From Thermoplasmata archaeon (GTDB lineage Archaea; Thermoplasmatota; Thermoplasmata; Lutacidiplasmatales; UBA184), in contig DATJWA010000027.1 of assembly GCA_035501555.1 (NCBI GenBank), forward strand, positions 256,156-320,155: a stretch of 64,000 nt of DNA, read 5' to 3'. Each line of letters starts with the position of its first letter. Position 1 is the stretch's first letter. Under the pieces are notes generated by a model that saw only the letters and a program-made list of their open reading frames with translations, searched no databases and was not told the DNA's origin. Positions 29,647 to 38,789 of the stretch are shown piece by piece. The translations under genes were made by a program, and so were the position numbers.

Positions 29647-30449
29647 ACGTCCTGAAATGGTACGCGAAGGCGATGCTCACGAACCGGTCGATCTGGTCGT
29701 GGGGCGTTGGGTTCATGCTGTTCTGGCTCGTGATCGGTGCGTTCGTGGAGTCCCAGGGCCAGGACCTCAGCGGGTCCGGAACGGTTGTCTACACCGCATC
29801 GTGGTTCGTTGTCATCGTGCTCTTCTCACTGAGCATGTTCGCGGTGGCCGTCGCGAACTCCCTCACCTACGGGTCGGCGGCCCTCTCGTACTCGTTCCGG
29901 TTCTCCAATCTCACCCCGCGCAGCTTCTTCGGGTCGGTCGTGGGCGGCTCCGCGTTGGTTGGTACCGTCCTCTCCTTTGTCATGCTGGGGAGCACGGTGG
30001 CGGTCTTCGGAGCGAAGTTCGACACCCGGTTCACGCCCGCCAACCTACCCGCGCTGGTCGGGACCTCGGTCGGGGCCGGCGTGTTCTACATGGCGTGCTC
30101 GATGACGCTGATGCTGGTGGTGATCAACTACCTCGGACTGAAGAGCGCGTCCTTCGCGGGCTTTCTCCCTCTGCTCTTGTCGTACACCTTCGGGCTCGGA
30201 CAGATTTACGTGCAGCTGCCCGCGTGGTTGGTTTACGGGTCTCCGTACAATGACATCGCCTCGCTCCTCTACCAGGGATTCACGGGACACCCCGCCGCGA
30301 TCCAGCTCGCCGGTTCGGGAGCCGAAGTTCTCGCCTGGCCCTACCTCGCGGCGGGGCTCGTCGTGTGGACCCTCCTCCTGTCCACTTCCGCCGCTTGGCT
30401 GCTGGGCAGGGTAAGGGTGCGCCAGATCGAGGAGGGGCGCCAGATCTAG
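29643..30449 (+). CDS. ABC transporter permease (membrane).
   Basis: ATGA overlap with the preceding ATPase gene. 6 predicted TM segments. Confidence 0.75.
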   Translation: MNVLKWYAKAMLTNRSIWSWGVGFMLFWLVIGAFVESQGQDLSGSGTVVYTASWFVVIVLFSLSMFAVAVANSLTYGSAALSYSFRFSNLTPRSFFGSVVGGSALVGTVLSFVMLGSTVAVFGAKFDTRFTPANLPALVGTSVGAGVFYMACSMTLMLVVINYLGLKSASFAGFLPLLLSYTFGLGQIYVQLPAWLVYGSPYNDIASLLYQGFTGHPAAIQLAGSGAEVLAWPYLAAGLVVWTLLLSTSAAWLLGRVRVRQIEEGRQI

Positions 30450-30712
30450 CGGAGCACGGTGGTCGACTGACCTGGGCTCGTCTGAGGCGGTGTTGGAAGG
30501 GGGCACGCTTGGATCGTCCACGCAACCGGCTTGGCGCGCCGATGCCCCTCCCGCTTCGGCTCGTGGGCCCCTCCGGCGGCAGGCAGCGATCCTGTGCTGA
30601 CACCGGAGACGTCGTCGGGAGTTCCTCAGGAGGACCCGAGAGTGCTCCTTCGCTAGAGCACCTTGCAACGTACTAACCGTCCGTTTAAGGCCGACCTCCG
30701 AATCCAACCGCG

Positions 30713-31171
30713 ATGCCTCCGCGCCGGACCTGGCTCACGCTGGTCCTGGTCGTCGCCGGGGTCGAGATGGTCCTCCTCGTGGCCCAGTACTTTCTGGGCC
30801 TCTGGGCGAACGTCTACGCCCCCTCGATGTTCACGTCCAACTCGTCGTTTCCGTCGCTCGACTGGCACTACAACCTTGGCTTCATCCTCTTCTTTGCCGG
30901 AATAGCCCTACTGATTCTCACAGCGCTCGCCCGAGACTGGCGCCTCGTCCTCTGCGGCATCGTGGTGGTCGGTGCGGTGTACGGCGCCGGGCAATTCGGG
31001 GCAGCCTACGTGAGCAGCACCCCGAACAACCCCCTCGACTCCTTCGGCATGGGCGCGTTGTTCCTCGTCGCGCTGTTCGCGAACTCCGCGACCCTGATGC
31101 TTGCCTCGCGGGCTCGTCGTCCAACGGGGTGGCCCGTGCCGGTCTCCCGAGCCGAGCCCGGTCCCGCGTGA
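30713..31171 (+). CDS. Small membrane protein (4 TM), hypothetical.
   Basis: Hydrophobic helices. TTTAAG TATA-like ~28 nt upstream. Confidence 0.55.
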   Translation: MPPRRTWLTLVLVVAGVEMVLLVAQYFLGLWANVYAPSMFTSNSSFPSLDWHYNLGFILFFAGIALLILTALARDWRLVLCGIVVVGAVYGAGQFGAAYVSSTPNNPLDSFGMGALFLVALFANSATLMLASRARRPTGWPVPVSRAEPGPA

Positions 31172-31215
31172 GTGCCGGGCGGGGCACCGGGGGACGGGCG
31201 ACCGCCCAGCCACGG

Positions 31216-31593
31216 CTACCGGGAAGGCACCGTGGGCACGGCCCGTTGGTGGTACTTCAGTCCGTACTTCAGGAACGCGAGCAGGACAAAGATGGCGTCC
31301 TGACCCCGGGGGGTTAGGGCGTAGCCGATGTTGCGGCCGGTCCCCGAACGGACGATCAGACCCTCCAGCTGCATCTCTTTGAGACGACGGGAGAGCACTC
31401 GCGGGGTGAGCCCGGGATTGTTGCGGAGCAGGTCCGAGAAGCGCCCCAGCTTGAGAAATGCCATGTCCCTCAGGAGCAGCAAAGTCCACTTCGTGCTGAG
31501 GGCACGGAGGCTGCGTCGCAGCGGGTCGGTCTGGTAGGCGAGGCGGGCCGGAGGATTGGACCGAAGCCAGGCCGGCCGCGACTCCCCGTCCAT
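31216..31593 (-). CDS. HxlR-family winged-helix transcriptional regulator.
   Basis: Internal ATG 31593. TKWTLLLLRDMAFLKLGRFSDLLR…GLTPRVLSRRLKEMQLEGLI…. Confidence 0.8.
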   Translation of the reverse strand: MDGESRPAWLRSNPPARLAYQTDPLRRSLRALSTKWTLLLLRDMAFLKLGRFSDLLRNNPGLTPRVLSRRLKEMQLEGLIVRSGTGRNIGYALTPRGQDAIFVLLAFLKYGLKYHQRAVPTVPSR

Positions 31594-31641
31594 CGATATC
31601 CTTCGTGACCCTGCCCGGTATATAATATCCAAAGGATATCG
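31594..31641. promoter_or_regulatory. Divergent promoter/operator between the HxlR regulator and the VOC gene. It contains GATATCC … GGTATATAATATCC … GGATATC half-sites and a TATA box.
   Basis: Read directly from the sequence. The inverted GATATCC (31595–31601) and GGATATC (31634–31640) repeats flank TATATAATAT (31619–31628). Confidence 0.6.
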
Positions 31642-32081
31642 TGCTCGCTGGAGGAGTTTCGCCCTTGGCCGATCCGGCTTCGGGGAGACCGCCCGACGAG
31701 GGCGGGCTGGCATTCACCGAACTCGCCAGTGAGGACCCGGCCGCCACCCGACGATTCCTCGAGAAGGTCTTCGGGTGGAGGTTCCGGTCGATCCAGATGC
31801 CGATGGGGGAGTATCTCGCCTACGAGACGCCCGACGGGCGCGGAGGGGTCCGCCCCGTCCAACCGGCCGAACGGCCGTCCAGCCTCTCGTACATCCGGGT
31901 CCGCGACATCGAGGAGGCCCGGATGCGTATCCAATCGGCCGGCGCCCAGATCGTCCTCCCTCGGGTCGACGTTCCGGGCATGGGGTGCTTCTTCTGGTTC
32001 CGGGTCCCGGGAGGACCCCTGCTAGCGTGCTGGCAGGACGTTGCCCCAGGCTCCGGAACCGAGAAGGAGGAACCTCGATGA
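31641..32081 (+). CDS. VOC/glyoxalase family protein, divergent from HxlR.
   Basis: LAFTELASEDPAATRRFLEKVFGW… VOC fold. The real start may be TTG ~31665, given the TATA position. Confidence 0.75.
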   Translation: MLAGGVSPLADPASGRPPDEGGLAFTELASEDPAATRRFLEKVFGWRFRSIQMPMGEYLAYETPDGRGGVRPVQPAERPSSLSYIRVRDIEEARMRIQSAGAQIVLPRVDVPGMGCFFWFRVPGGPLLACWQDVAPGSGTEKEEPR

Positions 32082-32434
32082 AGCAGGCGAAGGACGTTGT
32101 GATGGGCTACCAAGAGGCGATGGGGAACGGCGATTGGAAGAAGGCCCGGGCCTTCCTGAAGGACGACCTCGAGTTTCACGGGCCGCTGGACACGTTCCAC
32201 AAAGCGGACGACTACATCGCGGCGCTGCACCGTCTCTACCCGATGGTGGAGAAGGTCGACGTCAAGCGGGTCTTCGCGGAGGGAAACGACGTGGCCATCC
32301 TCTGTGACCTGCATTTCAAGCCACCGATGCCCACGATGTACGTCGTGGAGTGGTACTCTGTCGCGGGAGAGAAGATTTCCCGGGTCCAGGTCGTCTTCGA
32401 CCCACGGCCGATGGCCGCCATGCAACCCAAGTAG
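32078..32434 (+). CDS. NTF2/SnoaL-like small protein.
   Basis: MKQAKDVVMGYQEAMGNGDW… ATGA overlap with the VOC gene. GAGAAGGAGG Shine-Dalgarno-like sequence upstream. Confidence 0.7.
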   Translation: MKQAKDVVMGYQEAMGNGDWKKARAFLKDDLEFHGPLDTFHKADDYIAALHRLYPMVEKVDVKRVFAEGNDVAILCDLHFKPPMPTMYVVEWYSVAGEKISRVQVVFDPRPMAAMQPK

Positions 32435-32455
32435 GGGAACTCGGGCTCACCCTCG

Positions 32456-33145
32456 ATGACGGACCGCCGGATCTTCGAACCCGACCTGCTTCGCTTCCTC
32501 GGCGAGCTGCGGACCCACAACAACAAGGCGTGGTTCGAGAGGAATCGGCCGCGGTACGAACGGGTCTACAAGGAGGCCTTCGCATCGTTCATCACGGAGT
32601 TCGGACCCCGTCTGAGTCGCATCAGTCCGTACCTCGTCGCCGACCCTCGGCCGGTGGGGGGCTCGGTCATGAGGATCTTTCGTGACACCCGGTTCTCGAA
32701 GGACAAGTCCCCGTACCGCAGCTATACGGTAGTGCACTTTGGTCACCAGGAGAGCGGCGAAGGCCGAGCGCCGGGACTCTTCCTCTACGTGGCCCCCGAC
32801 GAGATATCCGCCGGAGGCGGGCTGTGGCACCCGGAGCCGGCAGTGGCGGCCAAGATCCGAACGGCGATCGCGCGCGAACCCCGCGGATGGCTTGACGCGA
32901 CGGCATCCCCGTCCTTTCGGAAGCGATTCGAGCTCACCGGCGAATCGCTGAAGAGGCCCCCGCCTGGGTTCGCTCGGGACCATCCCCAGATCGCCGAGTT
33001 GATGCGGCGAGACTTCGTGGCCTCGACGGACGTTCCCCGGTCCGAGTTCACTTCGGCCCGCTTCCTGGGGTACTTCGAGACGGTCGGCCGAGACCTGCGA
33101 CCCCTCCTAAAGTTCCTGTGCGACGCGGTGGGGCTCCCCTTCTGA
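32456..33145 (+). CDS. DUF2461 (TIGR02453) family protein.
   Basis: MTDRRIFEPDLLRFLGELRTHNNKAWFERNRPRYE… is a typical DUF2461 N-terminus. Confidence 0.8.
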   Translation: MTDRRIFEPDLLRFLGELRTHNNKAWFERNRPRYERVYKEAFASFITEFGPRLSRISPYLVADPRPVGGSVMRIFRDTRFSKDKSPYRSYTVVHFGHQESGEGRAPGLFLYVAPDEISAGGGLWHPEPAVAAKIRTAIAREPRGWLDATASPSFRKRFELTGESLKRPPPGFARDHPQIAELMRRDFVASTDVPRSEFTSARFLGYFETVGRDLRPLLKFLCDAVGLPF

Positions 33146-33202
33146 GTTGGGATCGCCCCGATGGGCCCGGTCGGCCGCGATGGGGCGTAGGTCGAGTCAG
33201 GT

Positions 33203-33242
33203 CCCGGAGGGTGGAATTGCGAGAATGTTGAAATCCGCCACG
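33203..33242 (+). repeat. tRNA-3'-end-like hairpin repeat, degenerate copy.
   Basis: cggagggtggaattgcgagaatgttgaaatccgcca, compared against the consensus rTGTCGGAGGGGGrAC…GAATTsTTCAwATCCCCgAC. Confidence 0.45.
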
Positions 33243-33266
33243 CGGCCGCCGAGCGTGCCCTCAGGG

Positions 33267-33302
33267 CGGGATTAATCTAACAGGTGTCGGTTACAGCCCG
33301 TG
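33267..33302 (+). promoter_or_regulatory. Conserved paralog promoter block GGGCGGGATTAATCTAAC, 18 nt before the GTG start of cyclase A.
   Basis: The same block occurs upstream of five other paralogs at identical spacing. Confidence 0.6.
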
Positions 33303-35231
33303 GCCGAGACTCGGCGGCTCGCTGCCATCATGTTCACCGACATGGTGGGATTCACCGCGCTGGGCCAACGGAACGAAACGCTCTCGCTGGAGCTGCTCGA
33401 GGAGCAGCGAGCACTGCTCCGACCGATCTTCTCGCGGCACGGGGGCAAGGAGGTCAAGACCCTCGGAGATGGCTTCCTCGTGGAGTTCACGAATGCGCTC
33501 GAGGCGGTGCGGTGCGCCTACGAGATTCAGCGAGTAAGTCGCGAGTCAAACTACTCTCGTCCCTCGGACCGGCGGGTACTCCTCCGGGTCGGGGTCCATC
33601 TGGGAGACGTGGTGGAGGCGGACGGCGACATCTCCGGGGACGCAGTGAACGTTGCGTCGCGGATAGAGCCTCTCGCGGAAGCCGGAGGGGTTTGTATCAG
33701 TCGCCAGGTTTACGACCAAGTCCACAACAAGTTCGAGCTGCCACTAATGAGCCTGGGTCCACGCCGGCTCAAGAACGTAAGTACGCCCATCGAACTGTTC
33801 AAAGTGGGGATGCCCTGGACGGAAGGGGGTGGCGCCGGATTGTCCGAAGCCGACCGGAACCGGATTGCGATCCTTCCTCTCGCCAACTTCAGCCCAGCCC
33901 CCGGCGACGACTACTTCGCCGATGGCATGACAGATGAGATCATCTCCACCGTGTCGGGGATCAGTGGCCTCAGCGTGATCTCGCGCACCTCCGCGATGCG
34001 CTACAAGCAGTCCACGAAGAGTATGACCGAGATCGGACGCGAACTGAAGGCAGGAAAGCTGCTGGAAGGGAGTGTTCGGAAGTCCGGAAACCGGGTTCGG
34101 ATCACCGTCCAGCTGATCGACAGCGAAAGCGATGCCCATCTCTGGGCCAAGAGCTACGACGGCAGCTTGGACGACGTCTTCGAGACCCAGTCGGACATCG
34201 CGCGCAAGATCGCCGAGGCGCTGAAACTGCCCTCCCCTCGACCGGGGGGTCGGGCCACGAGTCCCGAGGTGCTTGCCCTCTGCCTTCAGGCACGCACGTT
34301 ATGGAACCGGTTCACCCCGGAAGCGAACGAGCAGGCGATCGTCCTGTACGAGGACGCGCTGAAGATCGACCCGGAATCCGCCCGTGCGATCGCCGAGCTT
34401 GCGGACTGTTACGCTTCCGCGGCGAACATCGGCTGGATGGACAAGAAAGAGGGTTACGAGAAGGCCCGGTCGCTGGCACGCCGTGCTCTCGAGCTGGACG
34501 AGTCGCTGCCCGAGGCCCACTTCGCCCTAGCTCACATGTTGATGGACGACGACTACCCCGCGGCGGAGATCGAGCTCAAGAAAGTCCTCTCACTGAACCC
34601 GAGCCACGCCGACGCCCATGAATGGTACGGAAGTGTTCTGCGGGGCCTCGGCCGCCTGGAGGAGTCGCTGGAGGAAGCCAGGAAAGCCTACGAACTGGAC
34701 CCGCTTCCGCCGGCGCGCGCCTTTTTCCTGGCCACAGAGTACTTCTTTGCCGGACGGAACGACGAAGCGCTCGCCATCTGCCAGAAGGTCATTCAGACCG
34801 AGCCCGGATACTCCCCGGCGTACTACGGCCGGGCCATTCTGAATGCCATCCGGGGATTGAGAGAGGAGGCCTACCGGGACCTGCGCAGTTACCGGAGGCT
34901 TACCAACGACATCCAGCACAAGAGCATCCAGGCCCGGATCGAAGCTCACCTGGGGAACAAGCAAGAAGCAACCCGGCTCATCGAGGAGACGCTGGCGCTC
35001 GTCGCCGCGAGCAACTCCCCGAAGGCTTGGAGCGACAGCGACCAGCTGTCGTACACCTATGCCCTAATCCAGGATCGAGAGCGGTTCTTTCCGTTCGTGG
35101 AATATTTGATTGATCACAAACTCATGAGCCCCGGTGAACTTCGGGACCCCTCGTACCAGAACATGGCGGGGGATCCTCGGTTTCCGGAACTGCGCAGAAA
35201 GCTTCGGGCGTCGTATGGGATCCCCGACTGA
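33300..35231 (+). CDS. Class III adenylate/guanylate cyclase (CHD) – TolB-N-like – TPR protein (paralog A, C-terminal subtype 1).
   Basis: GTG start. RRLAAIMFTDMVGFT, KTLGDGFL and GDAVNVASR cyclase motifs. ILPLANFS…YFADGMTDE TolB-N-like segment, then TPR repeats. Confidence 0.9.
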   Translation: MAETRRLAAIMFTDMVGFTALGQRNETLSLELLEEQRALLRPIFSRHGGKEVKTLGDGFLVEFTNALEAVRCAYEIQRVSRESNYSRPSDRRVLLRVGVHLGDVVEADGDISGDAVNVASRIEPLAEAGGVCISRQVYDQVHNKFELPLMSLGPRRLKNVSTPIELFKVGMPWTEGGGAGLSEADRNRIAILPLANFSPAPGDDYFADGMTDEIISTVSGISGLSVISRTSAMRYKQSTKSMTEIGRELKAGKLLEGSVRKSGNRVRITVQLIDSESDAHLWAKSYDGSLDDVFETQSDIARKIAEALKLPSPRPGGRATSPEVLALCLQARTLWNRFTPEANEQAIVLYEDALKIDPESARAIAELADCYASAANIGWMDKKEGYEKARSLARRALELDESLPEAHFALAHMLMDDDYPAAEIELKKVLSLNPSHADAHEWYGSVLRGLGRLEESLEEARKAYELDPLPPARAFFLATEYFFAGRNDEALAICQKVIQTEPGYSPAYYGRAILNAIRGLREEAYRDLRSYRRLTNDIQHKSIQARIEAHLGNKQEATRLIEETLALVAASNSPKAWSDSDQLSYTYALIQDRERFFPFVEYLIDHKLMSPGELRDPSYQNMAGDPRFPELRRKLRASYGIPD

Positions 35232-35369
35232 GCTCGCGATCGGTCATCCGTAACCAGACCGAGACGCTCCGAGAGGATCCGGATTCGACGCGGAGTAGAC
35301 TTCGGGATGTTATACACCGAGAGTGCCTAGCACGTAGGGGCCGGCAACGGTCTCAGGGGCAGTGCCACC

Positions 35370-35651
35370 ATGTCGGCATACTTGGTCGCGGACGTCGAGT
35401 GGAAGGACGAGGAGCAGTTGGCAAAGTACGGCGAGGGGCATTCCGAGCTCCTCGCCAGGTACGGTGGCCGGATCTTGGTCGGGTCTAAGGACGTCGAAGT
35501 TGTCGAGGGTAGCTGGAAGCCTCGCCAGCTGGTGATCTTCGAGTTCCCAACTCGGGAGGCGTTCCACGCTTGGTACGACTCGGCCGAGTATGCCCCTCAA
35601 CTCGCCCGACGCAAGCAGCATGCGGACTCGAACGTTGTAGTGGTCGAGTGA
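35370..35651 (+). CDS. DUF1330 family protein.
   Basis: MSAYLVADVEWKDEEQLAKYGEGH…, 93 aa. Confidence 0.8.
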   Translation: MSAYLVADVEWKDEEQLAKYGEGHSELLARYGGRILVGSKDVEVVEGSWKPRQLVIFEFPTREAFHAWYDSAEYAPQLARRKQHADSNVVVVE

Positions 35652-35684
35652 TGGGGTCGATCGAACGGCGACGATTGCCGAAAC

Positions 35685-35725
35685 GTGTCGGAGAGGGACC
35701 CAACTGAGTTCTTCCGCCTCCTAAG
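35685..35725 (+). repeat. tRNA-3'-end-like hairpin repeat.
   Basis: gtgtcggagagggacccaactgagttcttccgcctcc. Confidence 0.5.
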
Positions 35726-35841
35726 AGCGCGGCGCGGACGGATTCTGGGAGGGCTGAGACCCGGCCCAGTCTCCCTCGTCCGGTGCGGCGTCGGCGTGGA
35801 CGACCCAGGGGCGAACTGCCGATCCGGGCCAAACTGCCCAC

Positions 35842-35850
35842 TTTTATATT
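35842..35850 (+). promoter_or_regulatory. TATA box (TTTTATATT) 22 nt upstream of the peroxiredoxin ATG, implying a leaderless transcript.
   Basis: Seen in the sequence. The position is the archaeal −26/−27 convention relative to a transcription start site at or near the ATG. Confidence 0.55.
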
Positions 35851-35871
35851 GGAAAGCCCAAGGCGGACCTA

Positions 35872-36387
35872 ATGACGAACGCCGGCGGGAGCCGAACGAT
35901 CTCGATCTTGAAGCCGGGGATCCGGGCACCTGATTTCACGCTCAAGAGTACTCCTGATCAGAGCGTGTCTCTTCGAGATTTCCGGGGCCGGCCGGTCGTG
36001 ATCGCCTTCTATCCTGCCGACTGGAGCCCAGTCTGCAGCGACCAGATGGGACTTTACGCGCAGGTCATGCCCGAGTTCAAAAAATTCAATGCAGAAGTAC
36101 TGGGGATTTCCGTCGACGGTATATGGACCCATCTCGCCTTCGCGAAGGACCGCAAGCTGAACTTCCCGCTCCTCTCTGACTTCGAACCGAAGGGTGCGGT
36201 TTCCCGTTCGTACGGGGCATACGAGGCGCACGTCGGCGAGTCCGCGCGAGCTCTCTTCGTGGTTGATGCAAGAGGCTCCATCGCGTGGAGCATGCTCTCT
36301 CCCGACGGCGTCAATCCCGGAGCGGACGGGATTCTCTCCGCGCTCGAACGGCTCGAGCGAGACGCCCCTCGGAGTAAGTCCGCATGA
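35872..36387 (+). CDS. Peroxiredoxin (AhpC/TSA family).
   Basis: FYPADWSPVC peroxidatic Cys motif. 171 aa. Confidence 0.85.
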   Translation: MTNAGGSRTISILKPGIRAPDFTLKSTPDQSVSLRDFRGRPVVIAFYPADWSPVCSDQMGLYAQVMPEFKKFNAEVLGISVDGIWTHLAFAKDRKLNFPLLSDFEPKGAVSRSYGAYEAHVGESARALFVVDARGSIAWSMLSPDGVNPGADGILSALERLERDAPRSKSA

Positions 36388-36938
36388 CGCAGCAATACCA
36401 AGCGCCGCGACTCACGGTGCCCGTCGGGGCCAGGGACCATGCGGAGGGCCCACCGGGGGCCCGGGTAGTTCTCCTCGAGTACGGGGACTATCAGTGCCCG
36501 TACTGCGGGGCAGCCTACCCCATCGTGAAACGGATCCAGAAGCACCTGGGGGAGAGGCTGCGATTCGTCTTCCGGAATTTTCCGATCACGAACGCCCACC
36601 CCCAGGCGCAGTGGGCAGCAGAACATGCGGAGGCGTCGGCCGCTCAGGGTAGGTTCTGGCAGATGCACGACTACCTCTACGAGCACCAGGATTCGTTAGG
36701 GGACGAGGCGTTCTTCGCCCGGTTCGAACAAAAGCTCAAGCTCGACCTGGCCCGACTCGACCGGGAAGTCGCCCAGCATGTCCACCTGGACCGGATCCAG
36801 GAGGACTTCATGAGCGGGGTACGAAGCGGCGTGAACGGAACGCCAACGTTCTTCATCAACGGCGTGAGGTACGACGGATATCCCGAGTTCGCACCTCTGG
36901 TTTCCGCGCTCGAGACGGCCGAAAAGGGGTCGCGATAA
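36384..36938 (+). CDS. DsbA-like thioredoxin-fold thiol:disulfide oxidoreductase.
   Basis: CPYC active site. ATGA overlap with the peroxiredoxin gene. Confidence 0.85.
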   Translation: MTQQYQAPRLTVPVGARDHAEGPPGARVVLLEYGDYQCPYCGAAYPIVKRIQKHLGERLRFVFRNFPITNAHPQAQWAAEHAEASAAQGRFWQMHDYLYEHQDSLGDEAFFARFEQKLKLDLARLDREVAQHVHLDRIQEDFMSGVRSGVNGTPTFFINGVRYDGYPEFAPLVSALETAEKGSR

Positions 36939-37194
36939 CCTCGAGTCCACCGGCCGGGATACCGCCCCCTTTCAACGAGCGGGGCCGGCGGAGTCTGTCG
37001 GAGGGGGGCGACGTGATTTTTAAACCCTCCACTTAGGGGTGCCGGGGTTCAGACGAGTTGGGACCGGCACTGGGCGAGCGAGGGCTAACACCCCTGACGA
37101 TCGACGGAGCCGCTCCCGTCTTCCCGGCGGCGCGACGGGGAGCGATCGTCGGCCCGGGGTCGGAGTATTAACGAAGATTTCGGTGGCCTCGGCC

Positions 37195-37833
37195 ATGAGT
37201 TCACCCCCGACGGGCGGAACCCATGAGTCGAGGTTCTCCGCCCAGGACTACGCGCAAGCGATCCGAGCGGACTACATCGCGGGAGAGACCCCATGGGACA
37301 CAGGAGTCCCCAACCCCGAACTTATTCGGGTGGTCGAGAAGGGAGGATTCCCGGGAACCGCTGTACTCGAAATGGGTTGCGGAACGGGGACGAACTCGGT
37401 CGAGCTTGCTCGACGAGGTTATCGCGTCACCTCGGTGGACCTCGCGGACGTCGCGATCTTCAAGGCGCGGGAAAAGGCGAAAAGCGCGGGCGTGAACGTC
37501 GACTTCCGCGTCGGCGACCTCACGCAGACGGAACTCGGCGGTCCGTACGATTGTCTTCTCGACATTGGCGTCTATCATGGGATCCGGAATCGAGACCTGA
37601 CTGGATTTCTGCGCGCCGTGGTGCGTCTGTCTCGACCGGGAACGAGGTGGCTATGTATCGCCGGGAGCGCCAACTCACCCCAGCGAGATGGCCCGCCAAT
37701 GGTCCGGGAAGAAGAGTTTCGCGCGGAGCTCGGGTCGGCCTTCAAGATCCTCGACGCGCACGAGTTCACCTATCTGGAGCTCGCACCGAACTTTCGACCG
37801 CCGTTCTGGTCGATCCTGATGGAACGTCGTTGA
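37195..37833 (+). CDS. Class I SAM-dependent methyltransferase.
   Basis: Internal ATG 37195. VLEMGCGTGTN motif I and the DIGVYH motif. Confidence 0.75.
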   Translation: MSSPPTGGTHESRFSAQDYAQAIRADYIAGETPWDTGVPNPELIRVVEKGGFPGTAVLEMGCGTGTNSVELARRGYRVTSVDLADVAIFKAREKAKSAGVNVDFRVGDLTQTELGGPYDCLLDIGVYHGIRNRDLTGFLRAVVRLSRPGTRWLCIAGSANSPQRDGPPMVREEEFRAELGSAFKILDAHEFTYLELAPNFRPPFWSILMERR

Positions 37834-37965
37834 GGAAACCTGGGAGTTCCGACGCTTCTCGAGGCGTGAGCGCTCTCCGGCTCGGTGACAGGTCGAGCTG
37901 GGCGCCTGGCGGGACCCGTCTCCCGACCGAATCTCCCGACGGGCTTGCACCCGCTCGGAGCGGAC

Positions 37966-38463
37966 CTACTTCCGATTCTCGGGGAGCTCTCGTGCGGCGC
38001 GTTCGAGGCTGCCCAGGCACTCGGTCCAGCCGGCGACGAGCCGAACATAGATGTGCGGAGCGCCGCGCTGGAGTTCCTCCAGCTTCTCGTGGACGACGTA
38101 GACGTGCGTCCGACCCTCGGACTCCGGTCGAAGTCGGATCGTGACCAGCGTGTCGAAGTACTCTCCCTCCTTCTCCGGTTCGGTCCCCACAAACGCCCAG
38201 CGGTACACAAGTTCCCGCGGCGGGTCGATCTTAAGGAAAAGTCCTTCGAACTTTCCCGTGCTGACTCCATTCTGTGAGTGCCAGACCTCGATCCGGCCAC
38301 CTACCCTGGGCTCTACCGTGACCTGCTCAACGATGAGGTCGCTGGGCGCGATCCACTGGCGGAGCAGGTCCGGTTCAAGAAAGGCACGGAAGACCTGATC
38401 GGGCGGTGCGTGCAGGATCCGCTCCACACGAACGACGGCCGTCGGCTCGTCCGCTTGGATCAT
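37966..38463 (-). CDS. SRPBCC/AHSA1-like protein, co-transcribed with ArsR.
   Basis: Internal ATG 38463 (MIQADEPTAVVRVERILHAPPDQVFRAF…). Confidence 0.8.
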   Translation of the reverse strand: MIQADEPTAVVRVERILHAPPDQVFRAFLEPDLLRQWIAPSDLIVEQVTVEPRVGGRIEVWHSQNGVSTGKFEGLFLKIDPPRELVYRWAFVGTEPEKEGEYFDTLVTIRLRPESEGRTHVYVVHEKLEELQRGAPHIYVRLVAGWTECLGSLERAARELPENRK

Positions 38464-38789
38464 CGCGTTTCCCGCCCTTCCGGGCGGGCCCCTTTCGTGA
38501 GGACCTCGTCCATCCGGGTCAGGCCCTCGTCCCAGAACCGCTGGTAGTACGAGAGCCACTCGGAAGCCTCTCGAAGCGGCCGGCCCTGAATCGAGTACAA
38601 GTGCTGACGCCCCGCCTTTCGAAGACTGACCACGCCCGAGTCCAGGAGCAGCCGCAGCTGCTTCGAGACGGAGGGCTGGGACATGCGGGTCCGACCCACC
38701 AGGTCGTTGACCGACCGCTCACCTTGACGGAGGGCCTCGAGGAGGTGGCGCCGCGACGGTTCTGCGAGGATCTGGAAGACGTCGCTCAC
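38460..38789 (-). CDS. ArsR/SmtB family transcriptional regulator.
   Basis: LAEPSRRHLLEALRQGERSVNDLV…MSQPSVSKQLRLL. Its stop overlaps the start of the SRPBCC gene. Confidence 0.9.
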   Translation of the reverse strand: MSDVFQILAEPSRRHLLEALRQGERSVNDLVGRTRMSQPSVSKQLRLLLDSGVVSLRKAGRQHLYSIQGRPLREASEWLSYYQRFWDEGLTRMDEVLTKGARPEGRETR

